Shown piece after piece: positions 11,101 to 26,346 of a DNA stretch of 64,000 nt. A model generated the notes under the pieces. The model was given only the letters and a program-made list of their open reading frames with translations. It searched no databases and was not told where the DNA came from. Within the stretch, counting starts at the first letter, position 1. Each line of letters opens with the position of its first letter. The stretch is from positions 41,044,001-41,108,000 of the forward strand of contig OX597827.1 of the NCBI GenBank assembly GCA_951406725.2. The letters run 5' to 3'. The stretch comes from Octopus vulgaris. Lineage: Eukaryota. The position numbers and the translations under genes were made by a program.

Positions 11101-13753
11101 TGGTGCAGCCATCTGGTTCGCCAGACCTCAGTCAAATCATCCAACCCATGCTAGCATGGAAAGCGGGCGTTAAACGATGATGATGATGATTTTCTTTGGA
11201 TGAGGGGGCAAAACAAATTCAAAAACCAAGCCTTGTGGAAAAAAGGCAAACCAACAACCTACTGAAACCAAGACCTAGAGAAGGAAATGGGGTTAGCTGC
11301 ATCAAATGCTATGGAAACCTGTTATCAACATTACAAAGCAAGCCCTCCGATGTGACACTCCAAAAATCAAAATGAAGATCCACTGAAACTGTAGAGGTGC
11401 ATAGCCTAGTGGTTGGAGTATTGGACTTCTGATTATAACATTGTGGTTTCAATTCCTGGACGGGGCAACAAGTAGTGTTCTTGAGCAAAGCACTTCATTT
11501 CATGTTGCTCCATTCCACTCAAAAAATGAGTAATCCTGCAACGGACTGGTATCCCATCCAGGTAGGGAATTTATACGCCATGGAAACCAGCCCTTATGAG
11601 TTAGCATGATTCAAGATAACTTAGGTAACTTTACAGAAACTGAACACTGACAGGGGAATAAATGTAATCAATTACCACAGATCAAAATCGATAGAGATAT
11701 TTTATTGACACCCTATGCTCAACATGGAGTTAAAGGATTAAGAAGAAGATTTTCTGTTATATGTGAAGTATATTTTGTTATATCACATATTAAAATCTTT
11801 TTCTGAAGCATTGTTATGTTTTGAAAATCAAACACCTAAAATCATTTTTTATAAAATACTGTTAAGTTTTTTAGGCATGGCTTCCAGGTTCAGTCCCACA
11901 GCATAGTACTTTGGTGAAGTGTCTTCTACCATAGCCTCAAACTGACTAAAGTCTTGTGAGGGGATTTGGTAGATGGAAACTGAAAGAAGCCTGAGAAATA
12001 GATGTGTGTCTTTGCTTGTTTCTCACCACTGCTTGACAACCAGTGTTGGTGTGTTTATGTCCAGATAATGGTTTGGCAACGGGCTTTACAAAAAAAATAA
12101 ATACTAGGGTCTATTCATTTGACTAGAATTGTTCAAGGCAGTGCTCCAGCATGGCCAGTCACATAACTGAAACAAGTAAAAGCTAAAAGATGTATATAAT
12201 ATATTGTTGCTTTTATGCAAAAGTGTCCTTAAGTCCAAAACATTGCTTTTTCAGAAAATTAAAAAGTAGTTTCATCATTCCATAGCAAAACCATTGTAAT
12301 CATCATCGTCATCATCAAGTGTTTTAAGTCCGAGTTTTGACCCCACTAATGGGGGTGGCTGGATCTACCGCAATGCCATAGCAAATGAGGCAGGCAGGTG
12401 CAGCCCACCCCAACCTTTGGACTAGATGGTGCCCTTCTCCCTTGCTATCATGAAACATTTTTGGAGCTGGGATTTTCTACAGGGAGCATACCTTTGCTTA
12501 CTACACTTTGACAATTTTTGATATCTTTGCATTTGAAGTAGCTGGAGATACAATAGTTCGACAAAAAGAACTGGTTATTGCAAGCAAAAATAAATATTGA
12601 AAAAAAAAAACGTATTTGGCTACATTTGGACATACAACAGTTTAACACAATAGCAATGATATATATTCTTTTATTCTTTTACTTGTTTCAGTCATTTTGA
12701 CTGTGGCCAGGCTGGAGCACCGCCTTTCAGTTGAAGAAATTGACCCCTGAACTTATTCTTTGTAAGCCTGGTACTTACTCTATTGGCCTCTTATCCCGAA
12801 CCACTACAGGGATGTAAACACAACAAGATTGGTTGTCAAGCAATGGTGGAGAGATAAACACAGACACAAACACACAAAGATGGATGGATGGATATACATG
12901 ACACGCTTCTTTCAGTTTCCGTCTACCAAATCCACTCACAAGGCTTTGGTTGGCCCAAGGCTATAGTAGAAGACACTTGCCCAAGGTGCCGTGCAGTGGA
13001 ACTAAACTAGGAACCATGTGGTTGGTAAGCAAGCGTCATACCAGACAGCCACGATTGCACCTATGTATATATTAAATATATATTTAAGTATTATATATAT
13101 ATTTATCAAATATATATTTTTAAATTTATATATTTTCCTAACATTCAATTCCGATTGCTTTCTGTGCAAATTTTGCATATTCTATGTAAGCAGCCCATAT
13201 CTTTGTGGACATTCAGTGTAAATGACCCATTTCTTAGTACATATTCAGTGCAGGTGACCTATATTTTTATGCATATTCAGTGCAAGTGACCTACATATCT
13301 GTAGTTGTTTGGTTGCTCCAACTTAACTTGTAGAATAGCATCAACTTGACTTCAAATAAGAATCCCCTTGGGAAGAACTTGACCACAAAGACTGTGCCTA
13401 GTTTGGCAAGTTTGGCACAACAAACTTGAATTCCATTTATAATATAGTTCCAAGTTGAAAATGCTGTTTCACTGGAGACAATAATATATTTCTGCATATT
13501 CTATGCAAATAACCCATATTCAGTGCAAGCTATTTATATCTTGGTGCATATTCTGCACAAACGCCCTATACTTGTAGCACGCAACCTATAATTTTGTACA
13601 CATTGGTTGCAAATAATCTACATATGGCACAAATGATACACATTTTCGTGAATATTTGTCACAAATAACATCTCTTCAATACTGATTTTATTCCTTATGG
13701 CTTAATATGATTGTTGGTTTGTTTCCCTTATATATACATATGTATATACATAT

Positions 13754-13810
<57 letters not shown>

Positions 13811-14067
13811 GAGAGAGAGAGAGAGAGAGATAAAACTTACTTGGAAGAGGATGCATGGCGTTCAATCATATAATAATATCAATAATATATATACAGGTGC
13901 AAGAGTGGCCGTATGGTAAGTAGCTTGCTTACCAACCACATGGTTCAGCGTTCATTTCCACTGCATGGCACCTTGGGCAAGTGTCTTCTACTATAGCTTC
14001 GGGCTGACCAAAGCCTTGTGAGTGGATTTGGAAGACAGAAACTCAAAAGAAGCCCGTCGTATATATG

Positions 14068-14125
<58 letters not shown>

Positions 14126-14532
14126 TGTATGTATGTGTGTGTATATGTTTGTCCCCCCAACACCGCTTGACAACCGATGGTGGTGTGTTTACGTCCCCGT
14201 AACTTAGTGGTGTGGTAAAAGTGACCGATAGAATAAGTACTAGGCTGCCAAAGAATAAGTCCTGGGGGTCGATTTACTCAACTAAAGGCGGTGCTCCAGC
14301 ATGACCGCAGTCAAATGACTGAAACAAGTAAAAGAGAAAAAGACAGAGAAAGATATATATATGCATATGTGGGCACAGGACGCCATGAAACGAGTACAAC
14401 AAAAAATTACAAAGCACGAGTACATGGAACATGAACTATTCTTTCAAACAAATGGAAAACAAAACAAACAACATAAAAAAACGACCCTTCATCAGTTGTT
14501 GGTTGTTTTTCTAGTCTCGTATTTCGAGCATT

Positions 14533-14605
<73 letters not shown>

Positions 14606-15798
14606 ATATTTGGAGATGGCAATTTGTTTTTTGCCAATAAACACACACACTATTTATTTGATCTGCTATACCTTTATTATTATCATTATTACTAGTTGAT
14701 GTCGAAATGCAGAGTAGACGAAACAGGGACAACTGAAGAAGGGGAATATTCCTTGTGTTGTATGTCTTGTACTCTGTTTTTTCGTTGTTTGAAAAAAAGT
14801 TTGTTTCCATGTTTTTGTTTTTATGTTTTCGTTTCTCATCGTGTTCAACGTTTTTTTGATGTTCTGTACCCATATATGCATGTATATATACATATAGATG
14901 TAGGTATGTACATATATCATCATCATCATCGTTTAACATCCGCTTTCCATGCTAGCATGGGTTGGACGGTTCAACTGGGGTCTGGGAAGCCCGAAGGCTG
15001 CACCAGGCCAGTCAGATCTGGCAGTGTTTCTACAGCTGGATGCCCTTCCTAACGCCAACCACTCTGAGAGTGTAGTGGGTGATTTTATGTGCCACCGACA
15101 CAGGTGCCATATATGTATGTATATATGCATATATTTATATATTATTTATATTATTATATATATAAATGGAGAGAGAGACACAGACAGACAAAGAGAAAGA
15201 GGGGGTAGAGAGAGAGAGAGTAGCAGGTAAAAGAAAGAGCAAGAAGGAAACTTCAGAAACCTAAGAAAAAAAGTTGGGAACAGAGAAAGGGTAAGAAAAT
15301 TGAGAGAGAGAGAGAGAGACTGTACTAAGTACATGAAGCATGAACCAAAAACAAACTGTTCTCACCTGATCACATGATACATGAGATAAATCAGGCCAAG
15401 GTTCACCAAAAATGCGAAGACGTGCTATACCGCAACCTGACAGAGAAGAAGGATATTCATTAAAACGAAAAATATAGAATTATGGTGGAGGTCACAACAC
15501 ACACACTTTGACACTGACCCAACAGGATTTTAGGCTGCCCAACCAATATGTTTACAAGTTTTAATGTTACTTAGTGTATAAACAATATGCATGCAGGCAG
15601 GAGGTACAATTGCTGTGTGATTCATGTGCTAGACTACTGAAAATGTGTAAAGAAGTAGAAACATCTCCAAAGCTCCAATAGGCTCTTTCAGGAACTAACG
15701 CTCAAGTTGGGAGACATGAGACATGTAATTGCATACAAGGTAAGCTGCCAGCCTGTCACAAGTAAGTATTTCCAGATGATCATGCGTATATGTATGTA

Positions 15799-15829
<31 letters not shown>

Positions 15830-18800
15830 GTATATCACTTCATATACACAATGTAAAGATGCAAGCTACTAACAGTTTCTTGTATTAGAGACACAGGTCT
15901 AGGCAGGTTTTTATAATACACTGTGTCTCAACATTTATACCACAGTAAATTATATATATATGAGTGTGTGTGTGTGTGTGTGTGTGTAAATATATATTGA
16001 TATGGCTGGGTGATTAAAAAGTCTGCTTTACAACCATGTCGTTTTGTGTTCAGTTCTACAGTGTGGTTGGTACTTTCTGCAAGTGCCTTCCACTATAGTC
16101 CTAAGCCAGTTCATAATACTCAGTTGCAGGCAGGTCACTTCACACAGCTAATGGCCTTTAGATGATATATGAATTAAACACAAAAAACACTCTTTTTTTT
16201 TTGACTTCCCATGAAAACCTTAAAGTTACTTGTTGACCGAATAAAAACCTTGACAGGTAAACCTTGTCTATGTAAAGTCAACATTTGAGGCCTTAGGCTA
16301 AATGTAAACTAATGAAGCACAACATACCAGAAAACACATTAAGGCGTACATGTGTCCACGGCTTTTTGTGGGAGATTGCAAAGAAATTGTGACAACAGGC
16401 AAGGTAACCTGGTTCTAATGAGCTTGATGGTACTAATTCTTCCCATTTCTGGAAAATAAACAGAATAAGGAATGAAGGGTAATGGAAATGGTAGTAGTAG
16501 TGGTGTGGTAATTATTGTAGTAATGATGATGATGATGATGATAGTGGTGGAGGTGGTGGTGATGGTGATGATGGTAGTGCAAGAGTTGTACAAAGGGGGT
16601 GCTGAAAAATTCCTGGCTTTGGGTAAAAGAAGATACAGGAGGACCAGTTAATTATGATCTAATTCAACATATTCCCCGCTCAGATTCACACTCATTGCAG
16701 TGGTCCTTCAACCCTGTAAAAGAACTTCAAAAGTTGGGCCTCCAGCCAGGCTTTTCGCAATACCCTTAAAGCCAAAAACTTTTCAGCACCCCTTGTATAG
16801 TACTGGCAGTAGTTACGATATCAAAAGGGATCACAGCACTGTTGGGTCAGCTCTGATCAAGCAGACATACAATTAAAGGCAATCCAGCCATGAACATCCC
16901 ATCTTTCATTCAAACAAACTATGTTGAAAAATACATTATTCAATGTCTCCCTTCTTTTTTTTTTATTAAAACAACAGGATCTGAACTGAGGTAGATTTAG
17001 CTGTTATCATTCATAGCAAACAAGATCACATAGAGGCTCGTTAGTGATGATGATGAGGAAGAGGAGAATACGAGTGGTGGAGATGATGCTCTATTGGGAA
17101 ACATTACAGGAATTATAGCAGTGACAATGACAGCAATAGTGGTTACAATAATATTGGTGATGGTGGTGTGGTGTTGATGATGGAGGCAAAAAGTTATAAA
17201 TAAATTAAGAAAAAAAATAAAAAGAAAGAACTAAAATATATCAAAAAATATACCGTATTTGGTGAGATCTGACCAGATTCCAGAGCAGCCCCTTCAAAAG
17301 AGATTCGACGGGCATGGTTTGCAATGAAATAGGATGTGTCTATTTCAACACCATGCAATATTCCAGGAACACCTAATAATAAAAACAAACAAAAGAAAAC
17401 AAATAATATTTGTAGAACATCTGGACACCAGAATGGTGTGGTTTAGAAATCAACTGTTATCAAGAAGGCACTAAGCTAGCAGAATCGTTAGCATACCAGA
17501 CAAAATGTTTATCGGTATTTTATCTATCTTTATGTTCAGAGTTCAAATTATGCCAAAGTCAACTTTGTCTTTCATTCTCTTTTGGGGGTCGATAAAATAA
17601 GTACCAGTTCAACAAAAGGGATGTTGTAATCAACTTAGTCCTTCCTTTGAAATTGCTGGACTTTTGCTAAAATTTGAAATTATTATTATTATTGTTAAGG
17701 TGGCGAGCACACAGAATTGTTAGCACGCTGGACGAAATGCTTAGCAGTATTTCATCTGCCACTACAATCTAAGTTCAAATTCCGCAGAGGTTGACTTTGC
17801 CTTTCATCCTTTCGGAGTCAATAAAATAAGTACTAGTTGAACACTGGTAAGTCTATGTAATCGACTTAACTCTCCACCCAAAATTGCTGTCCTTGTGGAA
17901 AATTTTGAAACCATTATTATTATCATTATTATTAAGGCAGCAAGCTGGCAGAATTGTTAACACACTGGGCAAAAAGCTTAGCAGCATTTTGTCTGTCTTT
18001 TACATTCTGATTTCAAATTCTGCCATGGCCAACTTTGCCTTTCATCCTTTTGGGGTCAATGAAATATGTACCAGTTGAGCACTGGGGTCGACATAATCAA
18101 CTAGCCTCTTCCCCCAAAATTTCAGGCCTTGTGTCGATGGTAGAAAGGATTATTAAAAGTAAACATAAAACCAAGCATTTTATATATATATATCATCATC
18201 ATCATCATCATTGAACATCCGTTTTCCATGCTGGCATGGGTTGGACGGTTCAACTGGGGTCTGGGAAGCCAGGAGGCTTCACCAGGCCTCAATCTGATCT
18301 GGCAGTGTTTCTACAGCTGGATGCCCTTCCTAGTGACAACCACTCCAAGAGTGTAGTGGGTGCTTTTTACGTGCCACCGGCACAGGGGCCAGAGGAGCTG
18401 GCATTAACCTCGATCGGATGGTGCTTTTTACATGCCACCGGCACGGAAGCCAGTCAAAGCAGCACTGACATCGGCCACATTTGGATGATGCTTTTTACAT
18501 ACTACTGGCACGGGGCTCACAACTACAATTTCCATTTGATTTGATGTTGATGTTCTTGACTCAATAGGTCTCCTCAAGCACTGTACACATTGCATACACA
18601 TACATGCATGCATGCAGAGATGGATGATGAATGGAGAGACAGATATCATTGTTGTAACATCCAGTTTTTCTTTCTTGCATGGGTCTGACAGAATTTGGCG
18701 AGGCGAATTTTCTACATATATGCATGCACACACACACAGAAACATATGACTAGTTCCTTGAAGTATTTGTAGTAAATTTCACTCGTAGAGCATTGACAAA

Positions 18801-21800
18801 CCCAAGGCCAAGCTAGAAGAAACTTCCCTGTAGATGATCTGCTCCGATTGCAGAGCAAACTTCTATATCACACAGTCATGTTTGTGCCCTTTCATAGTTG
18901 CATATATTTAAAGTTACGTTCAACACCTGCTGGTTTAAATTTTGCCTTTCATCCTTTTAGGAGTTGATAAAATAAGTTCCAGATGGATTGAGAGTGATTG
19001 AATCACCCACAATCCTCCTCTAAAAATTGTGGTTTCCTGCCAAATTTAGAAACCATTATTACAGGTGTGCTTGTTGGCTTCCTAATCACATGGGTTCAGG
19101 TTCAGTCCCACTGAATGGCACCCAGAACAAATGTCTACTATTATAACCTGAGGTCGTCCAATGCCTTTGTGAGTAGATTTGGTAGATAGAAACTGAAATA
19201 AGGCTGCAAGCTGGCAGAAACATTAGCACGCCGGACGAAATGCTTAGTGGTATTTCGTCTGCCGATATGTTCTGAGTTCAAATTTCGCCAAGGTCGAGTT
19301 TGCCTTTCATCCTTTCGGGGTTGATAAATTAAGTACCAGTTACGCATTGGAGTCAATTACATCGACTTAATCCCTTTATCTGTCCTTGTTTGTCCCCTCT
19401 ATGTTTAGCCCCTTGTGGGCAATAAAGAAATAGGAAACTGGAAAAAAGCCTTAGTCTAAATGTGCACATGTGTGTGTGTGTGAAGGTGGAGAGAGAGTAC
19501 GTGTATGTTCGTGCCTCGTCTTGATAGAATTCGATGGTTGTAAAATGATTATCATTATCATGCAAGCAGTAACATTCATTACCTTGCTTGGAAACAGATG
19601 AGGGTTGGTGAGAGGAAAGGCATCCAGCTGTAGAAAATCTGCCTCAATAAACTTTGCCTGACCCATGCAAGTATGGAAGTGTAGTCATGAAACTGATGAT
19701 GATGATATATGCTTATAGAGAAGGCTGGAAGAGAGAGAGAGTGAGAAAAATGGAAAAGATAAAGAAAAGCAGTATGAAAAGTGATGAAGAGAAAGGCAGA
19801 GAAAAGGAGACAAAATGATGGAGTGGGGGGGAGGGGAAGAAAAGAAAGGGGTGATGTAAGATGGAAGAGAAAGATGAAGAAAAGAGAAAATGAGGAAGGG
19901 ATTAGGACAGGCAAGAAAGTAGAAATGGAGAGATGGACTTAGAGGACAGGAGATGATAATCATGAAACATTGTTCATAGATGATGTCAGACAATGCAGGA
20001 GAGAAAAGCAACTGAGTAAATCACGTTCACTCAAGACACAAAAAAATAAACCAAATTACTACCACTTACCTAACTGTACAATGCACCAATTTGGCTCTCC
20101 GATATCAAATGCTTGCCAACCATCCATGGGTTGCTGGTCGAGATTCCTAATTCTGCTTTCCTTCCACTGAGGTTTTGCAGTCTGGGACAAAATATAGTTA
20201 ATGTTATTATGAGAAACAATTATTATTATTATTATTAAACCTTTCGTTACCAACCCGGCTGAAACTGGCTCTGGCTCTGTAGTACAAATGACTTGTTTTC
20301 ATAAGTTTGGAATTAAAATCTTCCACGAAACCTTAGTCACACTTTATGCTCCTAACACTAGCTAAATGATAACTAAGTTATTTTACTAAATTCTTTGTTA
20401 TATTTAAAGTAATTGAAAGAAACACAGAGCATCTCAAAATAAATACAGTAACAAAAGGGTTAAAGGCATTGAAGTGGCAAAATTGTTAGGATGTTCAACA
20501 AAATGCTTAGCAGCATTTCATCCATCTTTACATTCTGAGTTCAAATTCCACTGAGGTCGACTTTGCCTTTCATTCTTACAGAGTCAATGAAATAAGTACC
20601 AGTTGAGCACTGGGGTTGATATAATCGACTAGTCCCCTCCCTCAAAATTTCAGGCCTTGTACCTATAGCAGAAATCATTATCATTATTCTTCTTATTATT
20701 ATTGTCATTTTGAGTTTAAATCCTGTGACGGTCAACTTTGCCTTTCATCCTCTCAGGCTCAATAAAACACATACCAACCAAATACTGGGGTCGATGTCAT
20801 CAACTTTCCTCACTCCCTTCAAATTTACTGGCCTGGTACCAAAATTATTATTATTATTATTATTGTTATTATTATCAAGATGGCACGCTGGCGTTAGGAA
20901 GGGCATCCAACCATAGAAATCATGCCAAATCAGACTAGAACTTGGTGTAACTCTCCAGCTTATCAGTTCTAGTCAAACCAGCTAACCCACGCCAGCATGG
21001 AAAGCAGATGCTAAACTAGAAAACTACTCAGAGAGTGCAGACCTCCGCCAAGCCCATTTTAAGATAGGTACGCGAGTAAAATCACTAATAGAGAAACGAA
21101 AATAAACTTTGGAAATAGCAACGCCACCATAGGTTATGTGGAAACGATGAACGTGTTTTCAAGGGAGATAATCAAAGAACGTAACATTGTAATACTTCAT
21201 GCAAAGGAAATATAACAAATGAAAAATCCTTCAAGAATCCATAAAAATTCCCAGATCACTACCAAAATTTCATGATCTGTTCCTTGTGTCATTACCAACA
21301 TTTCCTGCATGTTTCATCAAATATCATTCACAACTTTTTGAGTTATTTTGCACAGACAGACAAACCAAACACGATGCAAACATAACCTCCTTCCTTGGTA
21401 GAGGTAATGATTATTATTATTATTAAGATGGCATGCTGATAGAATTATTAGAGCTTTGAACATAATACTTAGTGATATTTACGGTGCTTTATGTTCTGAG
21501 CTCAGACTCTGCCAGGGGTGAATTTGCCTTTCATCTTTTCCTTCTATTTTTTTTCCTAATATGCCCTTCTTCCTTTGAATAAGCAATTTTAAAATTTTGC
21601 AAAAAAAAAAAAACCTCTGCTCCACATTTACAGACAGTAGTGCCATTTTCCTATCTATTACCAAAGAATCTATTAGAAGAAAACTAGTTATTTCTCACTG
21701 CAAGAACACATAAATTACAGAATAACAGGTGTTACCTTTAAGAGATTTCCCACGCTGTTAGCAATTTCACTGGTTGCATATTGGATTTTCCCACCAATCT

Positions 21801-22007
21801 GAAACAGAAGCAAATAAAATAACTATTAAGATTTTCAACTTAAAATATCAGATGTTACAAGCGTTGTTATCTACTTAAGCTTGCTTCCTAAGCATGTGGT
21901 TTCAGGTTCAATCCCACTGTCTAGGAGCTTGGATAAATATTTTCTAGTATGACCCTAGGTCAACCAAAGCATTGAGTGGATTTGGTAGATGGAAACTGAA
22001 AGAAGCC

Positions 22008-22044
<37 letters not shown>

Positions 22045-25000
22045 CATACATTTACACACATACACACTTGTACCACATTAAAAGCACCCAGTACATTCTA
22101 TGGAGTGGTTGGCATTAGGAAGGCCATCCAGCCATAGAAGCCATGCCAAAACAGACAATGGACCCTGGTGTGACCCTTGACCTTACCAGCTCCAGTCAAA
22201 CCATCCAATCCATGCCAGCACAGAAAACGGATGTTAAATGATGATGACTACACACATACACTCATATATACGTGTGTGTGTGTGTGTGTGTTTTGACAAT
22301 ATGCAATGGTTGTAAATGAACATCATACAATTGATGCTGTTTGTTTCCAATATTCTGCAGAAACATGTCTAGCCATGGGGAAGTATTACATTGATAGGAA
22401 ACAAGTGATGGTTAGGAACAGGAAGAGCATCCAGCAATAGAAAGCCTGCCTGAACAAATTCCACCAGACCCATGCAAGCATGGAAAAGTGGACGTTAAAT
22501 GATGATGGTAACAATAAGGACTAACTGAAGACAGAAAAAGCTATAGACCCTATGATGGAGCCCCAGCCATGTATTTATCACTGTCTACATTAAACTGGTT
22601 CAGATCATGGAGCCTTGATAAGAGTCCTGCATCCTTATCTTGAATGTTTACACAGAGATAAGAGAAAAGAAACTAAAAATAAGACAGAAAACAAGTGAAC
22701 AATGAAGATGAGAGAAGATCAAAGTAACAGATACACTGTCCAATGACAGAAGGTGACATTGACGATCTACTTGACAAGTATGTGACACTTGTAGAAGAAA
22801 AAGAGCTGAATATATGTAATACTTGAAATTCAAATCTGTTGCAGGGGTTTCATCTTCTATCTGGACAATAAATTTAATTCTACATACCTCTCAGTCAATC
22901 TATCTGTTGAAAAATATGTAGCTGACATCAAGGAATGTCACCCACATCAGACTAGTGTTTTATCTAATTAGGACCATAATTTGGATCCAATCCCGCTATA
23001 TGGCCTCACAGGTAAGTCTCTTCTACCCATACTGTTACTACCATGTTTAGCTATATAGGTTACCAAAATAGGCAGATGCCATGTGTAAAGTCAGATTTAT
23101 TCCTAACAATTCTGCCAGCTTGCCACCTTGAAGCCAGCTCACAATAATAATAATTATTATGGTTTCAAATTTTGGCACAAGGCCAGTAGTTTCAGGGAAG
23201 AGGATAAGTCAATTGCATCAGCTCCAGAGATCAATTGGTACAGATTTTATCGACCCCAAAAGGATGAAAGGCAATGTTGACCTTGACAAAATTTGAACTC
23301 AGAACATAGTGGCAGACAAAATACTGCTAAGCATTTCACCCGGCTTGCTAACGATTCTGCTAGCTCACCATCTTAATAATAATAATTATTTCTACTCTAG
23401 GTACAAGGACTTGGAAATTTCGCGGGGAAGGGGGATAGTCGATTACATCAACCCCAGTGCGTAACTGGTACATATTTCATTGATAATAATAACAATGGTT
23501 TCAAATTTTGGCACAAGGCCAGCAATTTCAGGGGAGGAGACAAGTCAACTATATCAACCCCAGTGCTCAAACTGGTACTTATTTTATTGACCCCGAAAGG
23601 ATGAAAAGCAAAGACAACCCTGGTGGAATTTAAACTCAGAGTGTAAAGACAGATGCTAATGCATCTGCCAGCTTGCTACTTTAATAATAATAATAATAAT
23701 AATGATAATTTCTAACAAAGGTATAAGACCAGAAATTGAAGGAGAGGAGTTAATTCACTAAATCAACACTAATAATTAACTTGTGCTTTATTTTATCGAC
23801 TTCGAAAGGATGAAAAGGGAAAATGATAAAATGACCCCTGCAGAATTTGAACTCAGAATGTAAGAGTGAGAACAGGGCATTTTTCTCTGCCATTCTATTG
23901 GTTTCCCCCAATCCATCCAGGTCAACTTTGCCTTTCATCCTTAACCCCTTAATGGATTATCCCGAGTTTACTCGTGCATCGCAAATGTATCTTTTTAGAA
24001 CCAGACGAGTATACTCGGTCAAAATTAACTTTTAGTTTTAGCACTCAAACGAGTTTATTTGTTTTGTGTTGTTTCATTTTTGAGTAATCACGAATTTACT
24101 CACGTTGTCGTATGCCTGGCAACACATATTCTGGTGCCATTTCAAAGAATTTATGCTTCTGAGTTTTTAACTTTTACTTCAGTGCATACCCAGATTCAGG
24201 AGGAGATTGATGTCATTTTAGAACCATCTCGTTTTGATTCTCTATTATTTATACATAAAAGAGAATTATTGAAGCATTTGTTTTCCTCAAAAATGGATGA
24301 AGATTTAGATATATTCAGCGATCATGAAAGCAATTTTTCATTTCATGATCTGGAAAGCTCTGGGGACGAATTAGACACATGTAGTTCAGACTCTGACAAT
24401 TTTTCAGAAGATGACAAAGAAGATAATCAGATAGATGCACATGCATGGCACAAAATCAATTGCTTGACCGATTCGAAGAGAAAACAGATACATGTGTAAT
24501 GTCTGCAAGATAACTTTGTGTGTAACTCCTTGTTTCAAAAATTATCATTCTAAATAAACTGTCTATCTCATTTTAAAACAATTTTCCTTTGATTTAAAAG
24601 CAATACATCTTATAAAAAAATCGAAGATAGTTAAGTTATATGTATTTTTTCAATGTCCGAGTTAACTCATTTAAATCCAAATGAGTAAAAGTACATTTTA
24701 ATTTCTATAATAAAAAATAAAGGAAACAAAATAAAAAAAAAACTTTTTTTTGTAATTAACACAATGTATATAATTAAAAAAGGAAATAAAAAAATATGCT
24801 CTGAAATGAACTGCCATGTAAAAATAATTGATCTATTAAAGGGTTAAAAGGTCGACAAAAAGTACCAGTGAAATATGACAAATTTTATGGACTAACTCCC
24901 TCCCCATCAAATCTGTGTAGCCTTTCGCTTCTGTGAGAAACTATTGTTATTATCATAATGGCCCTTGTGGCCAATAAATAAAGAATTATTATTTTGCTTA

Positions 25001-26306
25001 TTATACGATAGGAGCAATTCAGTAAATTATCTCCCTTGAAAAAGCACGGGGAAAAGACTATCTTCGCGTCCCCTTGCCATGAGTTAACCGAGAAACTGTA
25101 AAAAAGAAAAAATAATCGGGTGCAGCGCACACATACACCAGTGATTCACCAATATCAATTATCAGGCAATTAACATATTAATTAACATGACAGAATATAA
25201 TGTAAGCAGTTGACAAGTAAATTATTGAAGGGAAATTTAACCACACTAAAGACAAAAAAAAAAGGTGCAAGGGAAATAACCGGGTTGTTACCAAAATATA
25301 GACCACGCCGTCAGCACCAAATCCACTCTGACCTGGCAAGGCTGTGTCCTTCATTTTTTAAAATGGCGAAATGTAACTTGGGCAAGATTTGGTTGCTATT
25401 CCTAGAAATTCGGGGGAAGGACATAGAGGTTCTCTTCTTGGCCCATGAATTGATTTATCTAATATCAGATGGCAATTCCCACTCAGGTTGATGATGTCTT
25501 TCATCAACCTGCTGTAGATAAAATACATAGCAGGCCAGAACTGGGGAGTAATACAATTGACCTTAATATTCAAAGTGCTGCCCCGGCACGGCCATAGTGC
25601 TATGACTATAAAGAATAATAGAATCCTTAATAGTCACCATTTTAACATCTACTTTTCCATTTTTGCCTGGATCAGACAAGAGTATGACAGGCAGAGTTTT
25701 CTATAGCTGGTTGTTTTTCTTATCACTAACCCCTGACTGTTTCTCAATTAAATGTGGTAGTAATGTCTCACTCTATCAATCCACAAACAGTCCAGCCATG
25801 TTTACATGGAGAACTGAAAAAAAGATAACAAAAAACCAATAAAAGAAACCTTTTGATTACAAAGGTCGTACAATATGCCAAGACATGTCAAGAAGCCCAA
25901 TCGTGCTTTCATAGTGGGCAGCAAGCAGTAAATAAACATAAAAATATAAAACTACAAAAAAAAAAAACAAGCAAGCAAAACAAAACAAAAAAAAACATTA
26001 TGAGCTGTCAACATTTAAAGAGACTTATGTTGATGTTAAAATACCAGGTCACTCTTGTTTGAGATGTTATGATCAAAGAAATTCCAGCTATGACCATTCT
26101 GTTGTATTTTCAGGAATGTTTATCAGCATATAGACACAGGCGTGACTGTGTGGTAAGAAGTTTGATTTCCAGCCACATGGTTCTGGATTCAGTCCCACTG
26201 TGTGGCACCTTGAGCAAGTGTCTTCTACTACAGCCTTGGGCCAACCAAAACCTTGAGTGGATTTGGTAGACAGAAACTGATAGAAGCCCATCGTACACAC
26301 ACACAT

Positions 26307-26346
<40 letters not shown>

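Noticed and set aside
13291-13497. 68-aa minus-strand ORF in intron 6 between degenerate ~30-bp tandem repeats
   Set aside because: No allantoicase similarity, a stop directly after the best acceptor in the required phase, and exon 7 already continues the protein.
22731-22820. Plus-strand peptide-like frame IHCPMTEGDIDDLLDKYVTLVEEKRAEYM*
   Set aside because: Only ~29 codons, stop just upstream, no pyrimidine tract at the possible acceptor, and no family recognised.
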